Assembly (NCBI GenBank): GCA_029939635.1
Contig: JAOZSN010000001.1
Location: 15,833 to 79,832 of the forward strand
DNA length: 64,000 nt
Origin: Deltaproteobacteria bacterium
GTDB taxonomy: Bacteria > Desulfobacterota > Desulfobulbia > Desulfobulbales > SURF-16
Direction: 5' to 3'
The position numbers and the translations under genes were made by a program. The notes beneath the pieces were generated by a model. The model worked only from the letters and a program-made list of their open reading frames with translations. It ran no database searches and was not told where the DNA came from. Of this stretch, positions 8,529-16,407 are shown in pieces. Numbering within the stretch: position 1 is the first letter of the stretch; each line of letters starts with the position of its first letter.

Positions 8529-10541
8529 CTATTCTAGGCTACCGCTAAAGGCCAACCTACGCCCCAGCTGCTTGTCAAGCTGGAGCAGATTGCGGCGCAG
8601 TCGTTTATGATGCTGCTGGGTTTTAAATTGTGCACCTCGCAAGGCAAGATGGCTTATTTTTTGGATTAATGGATATTTTCTTACGAGCAAAAGAGCAAGA
8701 ACGTCAAGGGACATCCGCCCCTTTTGCTGCTGCAATAATTCATCATTGAGGGACAAGATACACTCATAACTGCCGGGATCTCCCTGGCGTCCACAGCGAC
8801 CAAATAGTTGCCGATCAATACGCAGGGCCTCATTTTGTTCAGTGGCAATAACATGCAGACCACCAGCCGCTGCCACCCCGGCACCTAAAGGAATATCAGT
8901 TCCCCGTCCAGCCATATTGGTGGCCACGGTAATCTGTCCTGGCTGACCAGCTAAAGCGATAATCTCTGCCTCGTGGGCATCCTGCCTGGCATTAAGAACC
9001 TGATGCTTGATGCCAGCCAGGGTAAGCAATGCACTTACATGCTCGGAATCAGCCAAAGACCTGGTGCCAATGAGGACAGGACGACCAGCACTGCTGATGG
9101 CCACTACTTGTTTAATAACGGCCTGCCATTTGCTGGTTCGATCCGCCAAGACATGGACACCCTTATTTAGGCGACAACAGGGGCGATGGGTGGCTACCCG
9201 TTGTACCTGCAGATCATACACCGACCATAACTCACCACTCACCTCATTCACCGTGCCGCTCATACCAGCCAGACGTAAATATCTCCGAAAAAAACGTTGA
9301 TAGGTCAGGCGAGCAAGTGTTTGTCGCTGGCTACTGATGGTGCATTTTTCCTTAATCTCAATCATCTGATGCAGCCCGCGCTGCCAGGAGCGATCTGCCA
9401 TGGGGCGACCGGTATTCTCGTCAATAATGACCACCTTTCCCTCAGTAAGCAGATAATGACGATCACGATGATAGAGCTCACAGGCCACCAAGGCTTGACA
9501 GGCAAGTTCCTGCCGCCGTCTCTGCCCAGCCCAGACACCACCGGCCTCAGCACTTATCTCTGCCAGGCGCTGACTGCCCTTGTCACTCAGCGCAACACTA
9601 CGCCCCTGCATATCTATGGTATAATCAAGACCAACCTCAAGCTGACTGGCAAAGAACATGGCCGTACGATAGAGCTTGTTTTCATCCTCAGTGGCAATTT
9701 CTTTAGAAAGCAGCAAGGGCGTCCGTGCCTCATCAATGAGCACACTGTCAGCCTCATCAATAATGGCAAAACAAAGCCCCCTGAGCAGGGGCTTTTGCTT
9801 AGAGTCATCACTCAACACAGCCAATTTACGGCGCAGATGACCCTGCTCATTATCCAGCACCATCCGATCACGTAGATAATCAAAGGCCACCTGCTTGTTG
9901 GTGCAATAGGTAATATCACAGTCATAGGCAGCACGACAGGCATCACTATCCATGGCTGCGGTAACCGTCCCCACCGTGAGGCCCAAGGCCTGGTAAAGAG
10001 GGGCCATGGTTTCAGCATCTCGACAGACCAGATATTCATTCACTGTAATGACATGGACAGGAATCCCGGCCAGGGCTGCAGTAGCAGCAGCCAGAGTGGC
10101 GGTGAGGGTCTTGCCTTCTCCGGTATCCAGCTCAGCCACCCGGCCCTGGATCATAATCCAGCCTCCCATGAGTTGGCTATCATAATGCCGCATACCTAAG
10201 GTGCGCTGGGCCATTTCCCTGATAAGAGCAAAAGCCTGGATAATCAATGCACGGTCAAGTCCCTGCTGACGGAGCTGTTGACTGACAGCAGCAAGCTGCT
10301 CCAAAATATCGCTTTCAGCTAAACCAATAAGTTCTTTGCCCTGCATGTTGATGGCTGCCACCACCTCAGCACAATGGTTATAACGAGAATTCAATGTCCG
10401 ATTAAACAAACCCTGTAGTCCATGGCCACAGCTGTCCAGCCAGCCCACATCCTGCCCCTTTTTCTCAGGATAGGCACCCCTGAGTAGTCCTGGACGCAGG
10501 CAATTGCCTATTTTTTGTATTTTCAACAATTCATCAAACAT
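8529..10541 (-). CDS. SecA-like ATPase paralogue, C-terminally truncated (motor domains plus PPXD-like insert only)
   Basis: Collinear with SecA: MRHYDSQLMGG, Walker A TGEGKTLTA, VTVNEYLVCRDAE, ITYCTNKQVAFDYLRD, Walker B IIDEADSVLIDEARTPL, IIDENTGRPMADRSWQRGLHQMIEIKE, TYQRFFRRY, ATNMAGRGTDI, GGLHVIATEQNEALRIDRQLFGRCGRQGDPG. It ends ~90 aa after that last motif at 670 aa. E. coli SecA continues for roughly 300 more residues. Confidence 0.85.
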   Translation of the reverse strand: MFDELLKIQKIGNCLRPGLLRGAYPEKKGQDVGWLDSCGHGLQGLFNRTLNSRYNHCAEVVAAINMQGKELIGLAESDILEQLAAVSQQLRQQGLDRALIIQAFALIREMAQRTLGMRHYDSQLMGGWIMIQGRVAELDTGEGKTLTATLAAATAALAGIPVHVITVNEYLVCRDAETMAPLYQALGLTVGTVTAAMDSDACRAAYDCDITYCTNKQVAFDYLRDRMVLDNEQGHLRRKLAVLSDDSKQKPLLRGLCFAIIDEADSVLIDEARTPLLLSKEIATEDENKLYRTAMFFASQLEVGLDYTIDMQGRSVALSDKGSQRLAEISAEAGGVWAGQRRRQELACQALVACELYHRDRHYLLTEGKVVIIDENTGRPMADRSWQRGLHQMIEIKEKCTISSQRQTLARLTYQRFFRRYLRLAGMSGTVNEVSGELWSVYDLQVQRVATHRPCCRLNKGVHVLADRTSKWQAVIKQVVAISSAGRPVLIGTRSLADSEHVSALLTLAGIKHQVLNARQDAHEAEIIALAGQPGQITVATNMAGRGTDIPLGAGVAAAGGLHVIATEQNEALRIDRQLFGRCGRQGDPGSYECILSLNDELLQQQKGRMSLDVLALLLVRKYPLIQKISHLALRGAQFKTQQHHKRLRRNLLQLDKQLGRRLAFSGSLE

Positions 10542-12678
10542 TAAATTGCCTCAAGAAAAGTTGTCGAAGAGAGCGATACCACTGCTGGCCAAGGGGAATT
10601 TTAGTATGATCAAAGCGGACATAGACCCGGCCACCAATTTTCATATCCTGTAACTCAGGGGGTAAAGCAAGTTCAAGCTGGAAGACCTTAGTCAAAGTAG
10701 TAAGGCCTTGGGGATCAGTCGGATCAACCGGAATGACACCACCCCCCTTGACCCCAAGGGTGGCAACAGGCAGACTATTGGCTGCTGCAGGCACCACTCT
10801 GGCAATGTTGGTTGTCATGACATGATTAAGACGTTCAACCGACCTGATCTGCACAGCCTCGGTCTGCTCCTGTACCAAGGAAATATCCTTATGACTCACA
10901 ACCAAGCGAACCATGGATGGTACATCCCCCACAACATAGCCCAGCAGAGCACCTTGGTTGACAAAACGACCTGGCAGACTTTGATCCTCTGGCAAGATGA
11001 ATATACCGTTGGCCTGGCTCCTGATAATGAGCTTAGCCAGGCGCTCCTGGTGTTGGTGCAAATCAGCCTTAAGAGTGGTAATCTCATCCAGCAGAATAGT
11101 GCGACGTACTATGGCCCGCAGAGGTTCAGCGGTATATTGGGCCTCTAGCTCCTGTAGGGTAGCGCTCAAAACTTCAGTCTCTGTAGTCAGAAAAGGATCA
11201 TCACACACCAACAACACATCACCCTTTTCCACCCTGCTACCAGCCGAAGTCATAACTTTGGCGACAACACCATCCACACCAACACGAACCTGCGACTGCT
11301 CTGGAACCCAAACCACCCCTTCTGCTCTGGTGTGAAAAGGAGCTGGCACCACCCCAAACAGCATGGTCAGTAATCCACTACTCAGCAAAGCAACCACACA
11401 CACCCTGCTATTCTTTTGTTGGCGCCCTGAACTATTGAAAAAGCGAGACATCGCCAATCCAGCAGGTTTCAATACCTGACTAAATGCTCCCCAGGCAGCC
11501 AGCAGAACACCGACAAAGAAAAACTTAGCGCCGACAAACAACAATAAGCCAGTAATAACCAGTAGCCGATAGATAAAGGCACAAATACCATACACCAACA
11601 GCCAAAACTCTTCGCCAGATGCAGTCACCGGCGATCTGGCCTCACTGATACCAAAAAGATAGCGCTGGACAAGATAGCCAAGATAGCGGTTGGAACGCTG
11701 AGCCAAATTAGGAATTTCTAGGCCATCGGCCAGAATAAAATAGCCGTCAAAACGTAAGAGAGGGTTACCGTTAAAGAGCAAGGTAGAAACCCCACCAATA
11801 AGCATGACATTATAGGCAATGGCACTGACCAAACCCGACTCCACGCTGAGCCAAACCCCTAAGGCCAAAGCAGCTATACTCACTTCAACAACCATGCCCA
11901 TGGCAGCCACAGCCATGCGGTGTCTCTTCTCTGAAAAAGCAGCAGAGGCAGAGGCCTCTACATAGGGAATGGGTGTAAATGCCAGGAGCATAATACCCAT
12001 TTCATGAACCTCTCCTCCCCACACCTTCACAGCAAAGGCGTGGCCGAACTCATGGAAAAGTTTAACCACAGGATAGACCAACCAGAGGATAAGGAGATTT
12101 GGGGGGGCAAGAACTCGATCAGCGATATTTTCACTGAGTTCAGGCCAATGAGTTAACGCCCCAACCAGTCCACTGCCCACCACGGCAAAAAGAAATAGGG
12201 CCATGGGCCAGCTAAAGAGAGGCTTGACAAGAAAGAGCCATTTTTGCAAAAAACGATCAGGGTCAACCAGGGGAAAACGCATGGCAAACGGGTTGGCAAT
12301 GGAATGTCGCCTATCATTTCCAGCTGCTTTTTTCTGGCGGCTGAACAGATCCAAGGTATCGGCACTCACATCGCAACGCAGCAAATCTGTACTGTGGAGC
12401 TGCCCCAGCAAGGTAATAACCTCATCCTGACTAGGGGCATCATCACCTAAAAAGTCCAGACCCGCCTGCCATATTTCAGCCAAACTCTTTGTGCCATCCA
12501 TCAAGCCGATGAGATAATAGGCCGCCATATTAAAACGCTGATGACGCCCAGAGGCAGTATCTCGCAACACATACCAGGGCTGCTGCCGATAATAATGGCG
12601 AGAGACCTGAACATGGCGACGCAGGCGCGGCTCAAGGGCTGCGATACGGTACCAGTATGTGCTATAGAGTGAGGACAT
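10534..12678 (-). CDS. Fusion protein: polytopic M50 (site-2 protease) metalloprotease domain plus C-terminal HlyD-like adaptor domain
   Basis: HEFGHA (HExxH) inside a hydrophobic segment, plus the downstream NGNPLLRFDGY motif (M50 NxxPxxxLDG-type). Several TM segments. The C-terminal half has a lipoyl-like motif (GVVAKVMTSAGSRVEKGDVLLVCDD), a coiled coil and a beta-barrel-like region. It overlaps the SecA-like start by 8 nt (ATGTTTGA). Confidence 0.8.
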   Translation of the reverse strand: MSSLYSTYWYRIAALEPRLRRHVQVSRHYYRQQPWYVLRDTASGRHQRFNMAAYYLIGLMDGTKSLAEIWQAGLDFLGDDAPSQDEVITLLGQLHSTDLLRCDVSADTLDLFSRQKKAAGNDRRHSIANPFAMRFPLVDPDRFLQKWLFLVKPLFSWPMALFLFAVVGSGLVGALTHWPELSENIADRVLAPPNLLILWLVYPVVKLFHEFGHAFAVKVWGGEVHEMGIMLLAFTPIPYVEASASAAFSEKRHRMAVAAMGMVVEVSIAALALGVWLSVESGLVSAIAYNVMLIGGVSTLLFNGNPLLRFDGYFILADGLEIPNLAQRSNRYLGYLVQRYLFGISEARSPVTASGEEFWLLVYGICAFIYRLLVITGLLLFVGAKFFFVGVLLAAWGAFSQVLKPAGLAMSRFFNSSGRQQKNSRVCVVALLSSGLLTMLFGVVPAPFHTRAEGVVWVPEQSQVRVGVDGVVAKVMTSAGSRVEKGDVLLVCDDPFLTTETEVLSATLQELEAQYTAEPLRAIVRRTILLDEITTLKADLHQHQERLAKLIIRSQANGIFILPEDQSLPGRFVNQGALLGYVVGDVPSMVRLVVSHKDISLVQEQTEAVQIRSVERLNHVMTTNIARVVPAAANSLPVATLGVKGGGVIPVDPTDPQGLTTLTKVFQLELALPPELQDMKIGGRVYVRFDHTKIPLGQQWYRSLRQLFLRQFNV

Positions 12679-12687
12679 AATAAAGTA

Positions 12688-12708
12688 GTCAGTTGTCAGT
12701 TGTCAGTT
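12688..12708. repeat. Three perfect tandem copies of heptamer GTCAGTT (degenerate copies continue to ~12725) in an intra-operon spacer
   Basis: Read directly: gtcagtt gtcagtt gtcagtt ggtg gcagttg gttgtt. It lies between the stop of the GAF::HlyD gene (12740) and the ATG of the M50::HlyD gene (12678). Confidence 0.7.
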
Positions 12709-12739
12709 GGTGGCAGTTGGTTGTTACTGATAACTGTAG

Positions 12740-14500
12740 TTAAGGCATCCACGTCCACATTTGCAAACGCAGCCAGTCAGTGAGGCGGTGGGTCCAGATC
12801 CAAATCAGCTTTCGCTGGTCAATTTTGATTTTTGCTACCCCTTCCATGCCAGGACGCAGCAGATCTGATTTTGAGTCAAGCAGACCCTCCACTCGGAAAT
12901 AATTACGCCCATCTTCACTAACCGATACCGGGGTTATCTTGGTAATGGAAAAGGATATACTCTTTGTTACCAGCCCAGAAAGAATCAGGTCACCCTGCTG
13001 ACCGGTCTTAATAAAACCGATATCTCGCTCGTCAACCTTGACAATGAGGCGATAGGCATCTAAGGGGGCAACCTCAAATAATACCTCGCCCCGTTGCACT
13101 GGCGCACCTAGGCTCTGACTGAGATCACCACTGATTACCAGACCAGAAAAAGGGGCAACAAGACGGGTGCGCAACAGCTGCTTTTCCACCAATTTCAACT
13201 GTGCATCTGCCTGTAATATTCTGGCTTTAAGAATAGTGGATTCGGACTGATTACGCCCTGCCAAGGCATTGCGGTACTCTTTGCGAATTTGTTGGCGCTG
13301 GGAAAACCATTTTTGACGCAGCAAAAGAAGCTCTTTATTTTCCAGCTGAGCCAAGAGGTCTCCGTCTTGAACAATATCACCAGCCCGCACCGCAGCACTG
13401 GCCACATAGCCATCTTGCGGAGCCACCACCACTCGCTGCACACTAGGTTCAAGGGAAGAGTTTGATGCTACCCGAAAATCACCTTGGACAAGGAAAAGAA
13501 CAGCACACAATAGCAGGCTCGACAGGGTGGCAAATTTCAATTTGAAACACCGGGGCCCCACAAGCTTTAGGAGAAAGTTGGCAATAGGCTCAACGAGCTT
13601 CGAGGGCAACCAGATATCATCACGCCTTCTTGACTCAAGGGCAGGGCCAACCAAGGCACCAATCTGCTCACACTGGCTTGCAGTTTCAACATCAAAGGGC
13701 TTATCTGCCGCTCTTTCCAATAACAAGGAGCCAACAAGAGTACCATTATAGACAAGGGGAACCGTACAGACCGAGCCGACCTCAAACTCGTTACATAACC
13801 TGCTATGGGCCACAACAACCTGCAACGCACCATCCAGGGGTGGATAGAGCACTGTTTCCTGCTGATCCAAGGATTCATACATGGCATCTTTGATACCACT
13901 CATCATGCTGGTGCGACGATCAAAATTGGCGGTATTGGAGACAGCATAAATTTGTATGCCTGGCCCCTTACCAAAGCCGATACTCACCCTTTCACAATCA
14001 AGTCGCGTGGCTAGGCTGGTCACAACAGCAGTAGCTGCGTCTTGAAAATTTTCATGTTCCAGACTGGCAGCAACAAGCTCAACCAGGGTAAGTAACTGTT
14101 CCTTGGCCACTGATGCCTGCTGCTTAATCATGGCTTCAAGCCAGAAAGTACCAGTCTGCAGCTGTGCCATCACTTCTTGCTGGCGAGCAGGAGGGCGACT
14201 AGACATGGCCACGGCCACAACTCCTAAGAGTTTCCCTCCACTATATAAAGGACATGCTACAACGTCACACGGCTGCGCTGTTTCCTGCAGGGTCAAATCA
14301 AAATCCCTGACCAGGCACTGCTCTTCTTCCAGTGCTGTTTGGGCGGCGGCAACTACAGCTGGTTGGGATGAATTCTCGGGCCAGGATGTCAGCTGTGTGT
14401 AGGACCCTTTACCAGGGATACCTGTCAGGGCAACACCATAGACACAGCCCGAAACCTGCTTACACTGGAGAAGCAACCATTTCTGGATAAGTTGTTTCAT
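12740..14500 (-). CDS. Fusion protein: N-terminal GAF-like domain(s), one TM, C-terminal HlyD-like adaptor domain
   Basis: The N-terminal ~300 aa carry GAF-like patterns (PLYSGGKLLGVVAVAMSS; CTVPLVYNGTLVGSLLLERA). TM segment FATLSSLLLCAVLFLVQG. Then a lipoyl-like motif (VVAPQDGYVASAAVRAGDIVQDGDLLAQLE), a coiled coil, and VAPFSGLVISGDLSQSLGAPVQRGEVLFEV. Confidence 0.75.
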   Translation of the reverse strand: MKQLIQKWLLLQCKQVSGCVYGVALTGIPGKGSYTQLTSWPENSSQPAVVAAAQTALEEEQCLVRDFDLTLQETAQPCDVVACPLYSGGKLLGVVAVAMSSRPPARQQEVMAQLQTGTFWLEAMIKQQASVAKEQLLTLVELVAASLEHENFQDAATAVVTSLATRLDCERVSIGFGKGPGIQIYAVSNTANFDRRTSMMSGIKDAMYESLDQQETVLYPPLDGALQVVVAHSRLCNEFEVGSVCTVPLVYNGTLVGSLLLERAADKPFDVETASQCEQIGALVGPALESRRRDDIWLPSKLVEPIANFLLKLVGPRCFKLKFATLSSLLLCAVLFLVQGDFRVASNSSLEPSVQRVVVAPQDGYVASAAVRAGDIVQDGDLLAQLENKELLLLRQKWFSQRQQIRKEYRNALAGRNQSESTILKARILQADAQLKLVEKQLLRTRLVAPFSGLVISGDLSQSLGAPVQRGEVLFEVAPLDAYRLIVKVDERDIGFIKTGQQGDLILSGLVTKSISFSITKITPVSVSEDGRNYFRVEGLLDSKSDLLRPGMEGVAKIKIDQRKLIWIWTHRLTDWLRLQMWTWMP

Positions 14501-14593
14501 ACTAACACGACCATTTGCACTTTCCTTGGGGTCCTATCATACGGCAACCATTCAATTAAACTCTTAACGTCTTCCTTCATTGCATTTAGTATT

Positions 14594-14610
14594 AGCACTA
14601 TTTGTACCGC
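14594..14610 (-). promoter_or_regulatory. Candidate sigma-54 (-24/-12) promoter for the minus-strand secretion operon (weak match)
   Basis: The reverse complement reads GCGGTACAAATAGTGCT: GG-N10-GC spacing is correct, but the flanking bases match TGGCAC-N5-TTGCW only partly. About 95 nt upstream of the ATG at 14500. Confidence 0.3.
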
Positions 14611-14764
14611 ACACCCGAATCACCACTAAATAACTTAAAATTCAGTGCTCAACAGGATTACACTGCAGCCAAACCCTATCTCAGATTAGGTTGGTAGTAT
14701 TTCACTAATTTTCCTTTCAAAAAATCTTCCCCTCCAGCAGACAGAACCCAATATCACCAAACCA

Positions 14765-14809
14765 TGTCACAATATGACATTTTTTTACACAATGCGACAT
14801 TTTTTGTCG
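14765..14809. promoter_or_regulatory. Two 5-N5-5 palindromes (TGTCA-N5-TGACA at 14765-14779; CGACA-N5-TGTCG at 14795-14809), candidate enhancer-binding-protein sites
   Basis: Read directly. They lie between the two divergent candidate sigma-54 promoters. A GACATTTTTT half-site recurs at 14776, 14796 and 14869. Confidence 0.3.
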
Positions 14810-14896
14810 ATTTTACTGAGCAGAGCGCTTATCGTATATCCCCTGAAACCTACTCGCCACAGAAAACCGACATTTTTTTGCTTTCCTTACAATAAT

Positions 14897-14911
14897 TGGC
14901 GCATTTTTTGC
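14897..14911 (+). promoter_or_regulatory. Sigma-54 (-24/-12) promoter candidate upstream of the TolC-family gene
   Basis: TGGCGCATTTTTTGC: GG at 14898-14899 and GC at 14910-14911 with exactly 10 nt between them. Close to the TGGCAC-N5-TTGC consensus. About 160 nt upstream of the ATG at 15070, with a sigma-54 activator encoded in the same unit. Confidence 0.55.
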
Positions 14912-15069
14912 TGTTATCAACAAATATGTATCAAAGATGTCGTCAAGCAGTTGTTTTGAGTAAGCACGTTACAAATTTATTTTTTTCATATTAAAATTAA
15001 ATAGTTAGGCTGCAAACTCTAAAGTTGACAGCAAAAAAAAATACTCCCTGAAGTTTTCACGGTTAACCA

Positions 15070-16407
15070 ATGAATATTGCACCATATATATTTTGCTTTT
15101 TCATAGTGATTTTGCCGCCTAAAGCGTATAGCGCTGAGCAGTCGTCCCCAGCCCACATGAACCTGGCTGACTGCATTGATCTGGCCTTGGCTCATAGCCC
15201 TGATCTCGGCATGGCCCAAGCAACATTTGCTCAGAATAAGGCCTTGCTTGACAGTGCCAAAAAGAATTTATTGCCCTCATTCTCAGCCCATTACTCCTAT
15301 AAATACCAACCAAACTCCATCTATTCCCCTACAGATGAGTACGGCTATGGCCTCACAGCAGAACAACCTATCTATCAAGGTAAAGCCATTGTCACCAGCA
15401 TCAAACAGGCGGAAATATCTCTCAACTCTGCCCAGAAAGGAACTGACCGTATCATCAACGAGCTCATTTTCCAGGTCTACACCAACTATTTCAAAGTACT
15501 CAGGGCAGTCAAGGTGGCCACGGAAGCTCAAAATTCCGTCAACCGACTTAAAAGCCATAGGAGTGACGCCAAGGCCTTTTTTGATGCTGGGATTATCCCT
15601 CGCAATGATTTCCTACAAAGTGATGTGGAACTTGCCCAGGGAGAGCAAGACTTTGTTGATGCCCAGATAGAAGCCTTTATTGCTCGGGCAGAGTTGAACA
15701 TTTTATTGGGCCGCGACACAGACATGGCTCTGCATCTTGAAGATAATTATGCCAAAGAGCAACGAGAAAACAACTGGGATGACATCCTCCACTCAGCCCT
15801 GACCAATCGTCCTGAAATTATGCAGGCCAAACTAGGGGCTGAAATGGCCAAGAAGGAAGTGACCATTAAAAAAGCGCCTTTTCTGCCTAAAATCTCCCTA
15901 TCAGCCTCCTATGACAAACGAGGAGACAGAGCCGACGGGGCGCGATCGGATGAACTAGGTTGGCCAGCAGAAGAGAAAACCGTCAGCGCGGTGGCCACAT
16001 GGAAATTATGGACATGGCAAAAAAATAAAAACGAGATTACAGCGGCAAAAAAAGATGTCCGCCGCGCAAAAAAGGCAATCGCCCAGACCATTGATCGTGT
16101 CAGCCTGGAAACCAGAATTGCCTTTCAACGCCTGCAGCAGACAGAAAAGAGAATCAAGGTATCCGAACGAGCCATTACCCACGCAGAAGAAAATTATCGT
16201 ATCACCCAGGCCCGCTACCAATCACAAATTGCCACGTCAACCCAGGTGCTGGATGCCCAGGCGCTGCTCACCCAGGCAAAAACAAACTACTATGACTCTT
16301 TTTATGGCCATAAAGTTGCTCTGGCCGCAGTGGAGAGAGCCTCAGGCCGTTTGGGACAAAAATATTCTCACACAACCAATGAATCAGCAGAACAAGGACA
16401 ACCATGA
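15070..16407 (+). CDS. TolC-family outer-membrane efflux/secretion duct protein
   Basis: Signal peptide (MNIAPYIFCFFIVILPPKAYSA). Typical OEP start LADCIDLALAHSPDL. Two repeated OEP halves with coiled-coil regions. 445 aa. Confidence 0.9.
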   Translation: MNIAPYIFCFFIVILPPKAYSAEQSSPAHMNLADCIDLALAHSPDLGMAQATFAQNKALLDSAKKNLLPSFSAHYSYKYQPNSIYSPTDEYGYGLTAEQPIYQGKAIVTSIKQAEISLNSAQKGTDRIINELIFQVYTNYFKVLRAVKVATEAQNSVNRLKSHRSDAKAFFDAGIIPRNDFLQSDVELAQGEQDFVDAQIEAFIARAELNILLGRDTDMALHLEDNYAKEQRENNWDDILHSALTNRPEIMQAKLGAEMAKKEVTIKKAPFLPKISLSASYDKRGDRADGARSDELGWPAEEKTVSAVATWKLWTWQKNKNEITAAKKDVRRAKKAIAQTIDRVSLETRIAFQRLQQTEKRIKVSERAITHAEENYRITQARYQSQIATSTQVLDAQALLTQAKTNYYDSFYGHKVALAAVERASGRLGQKYSHTTNESAEQGQP

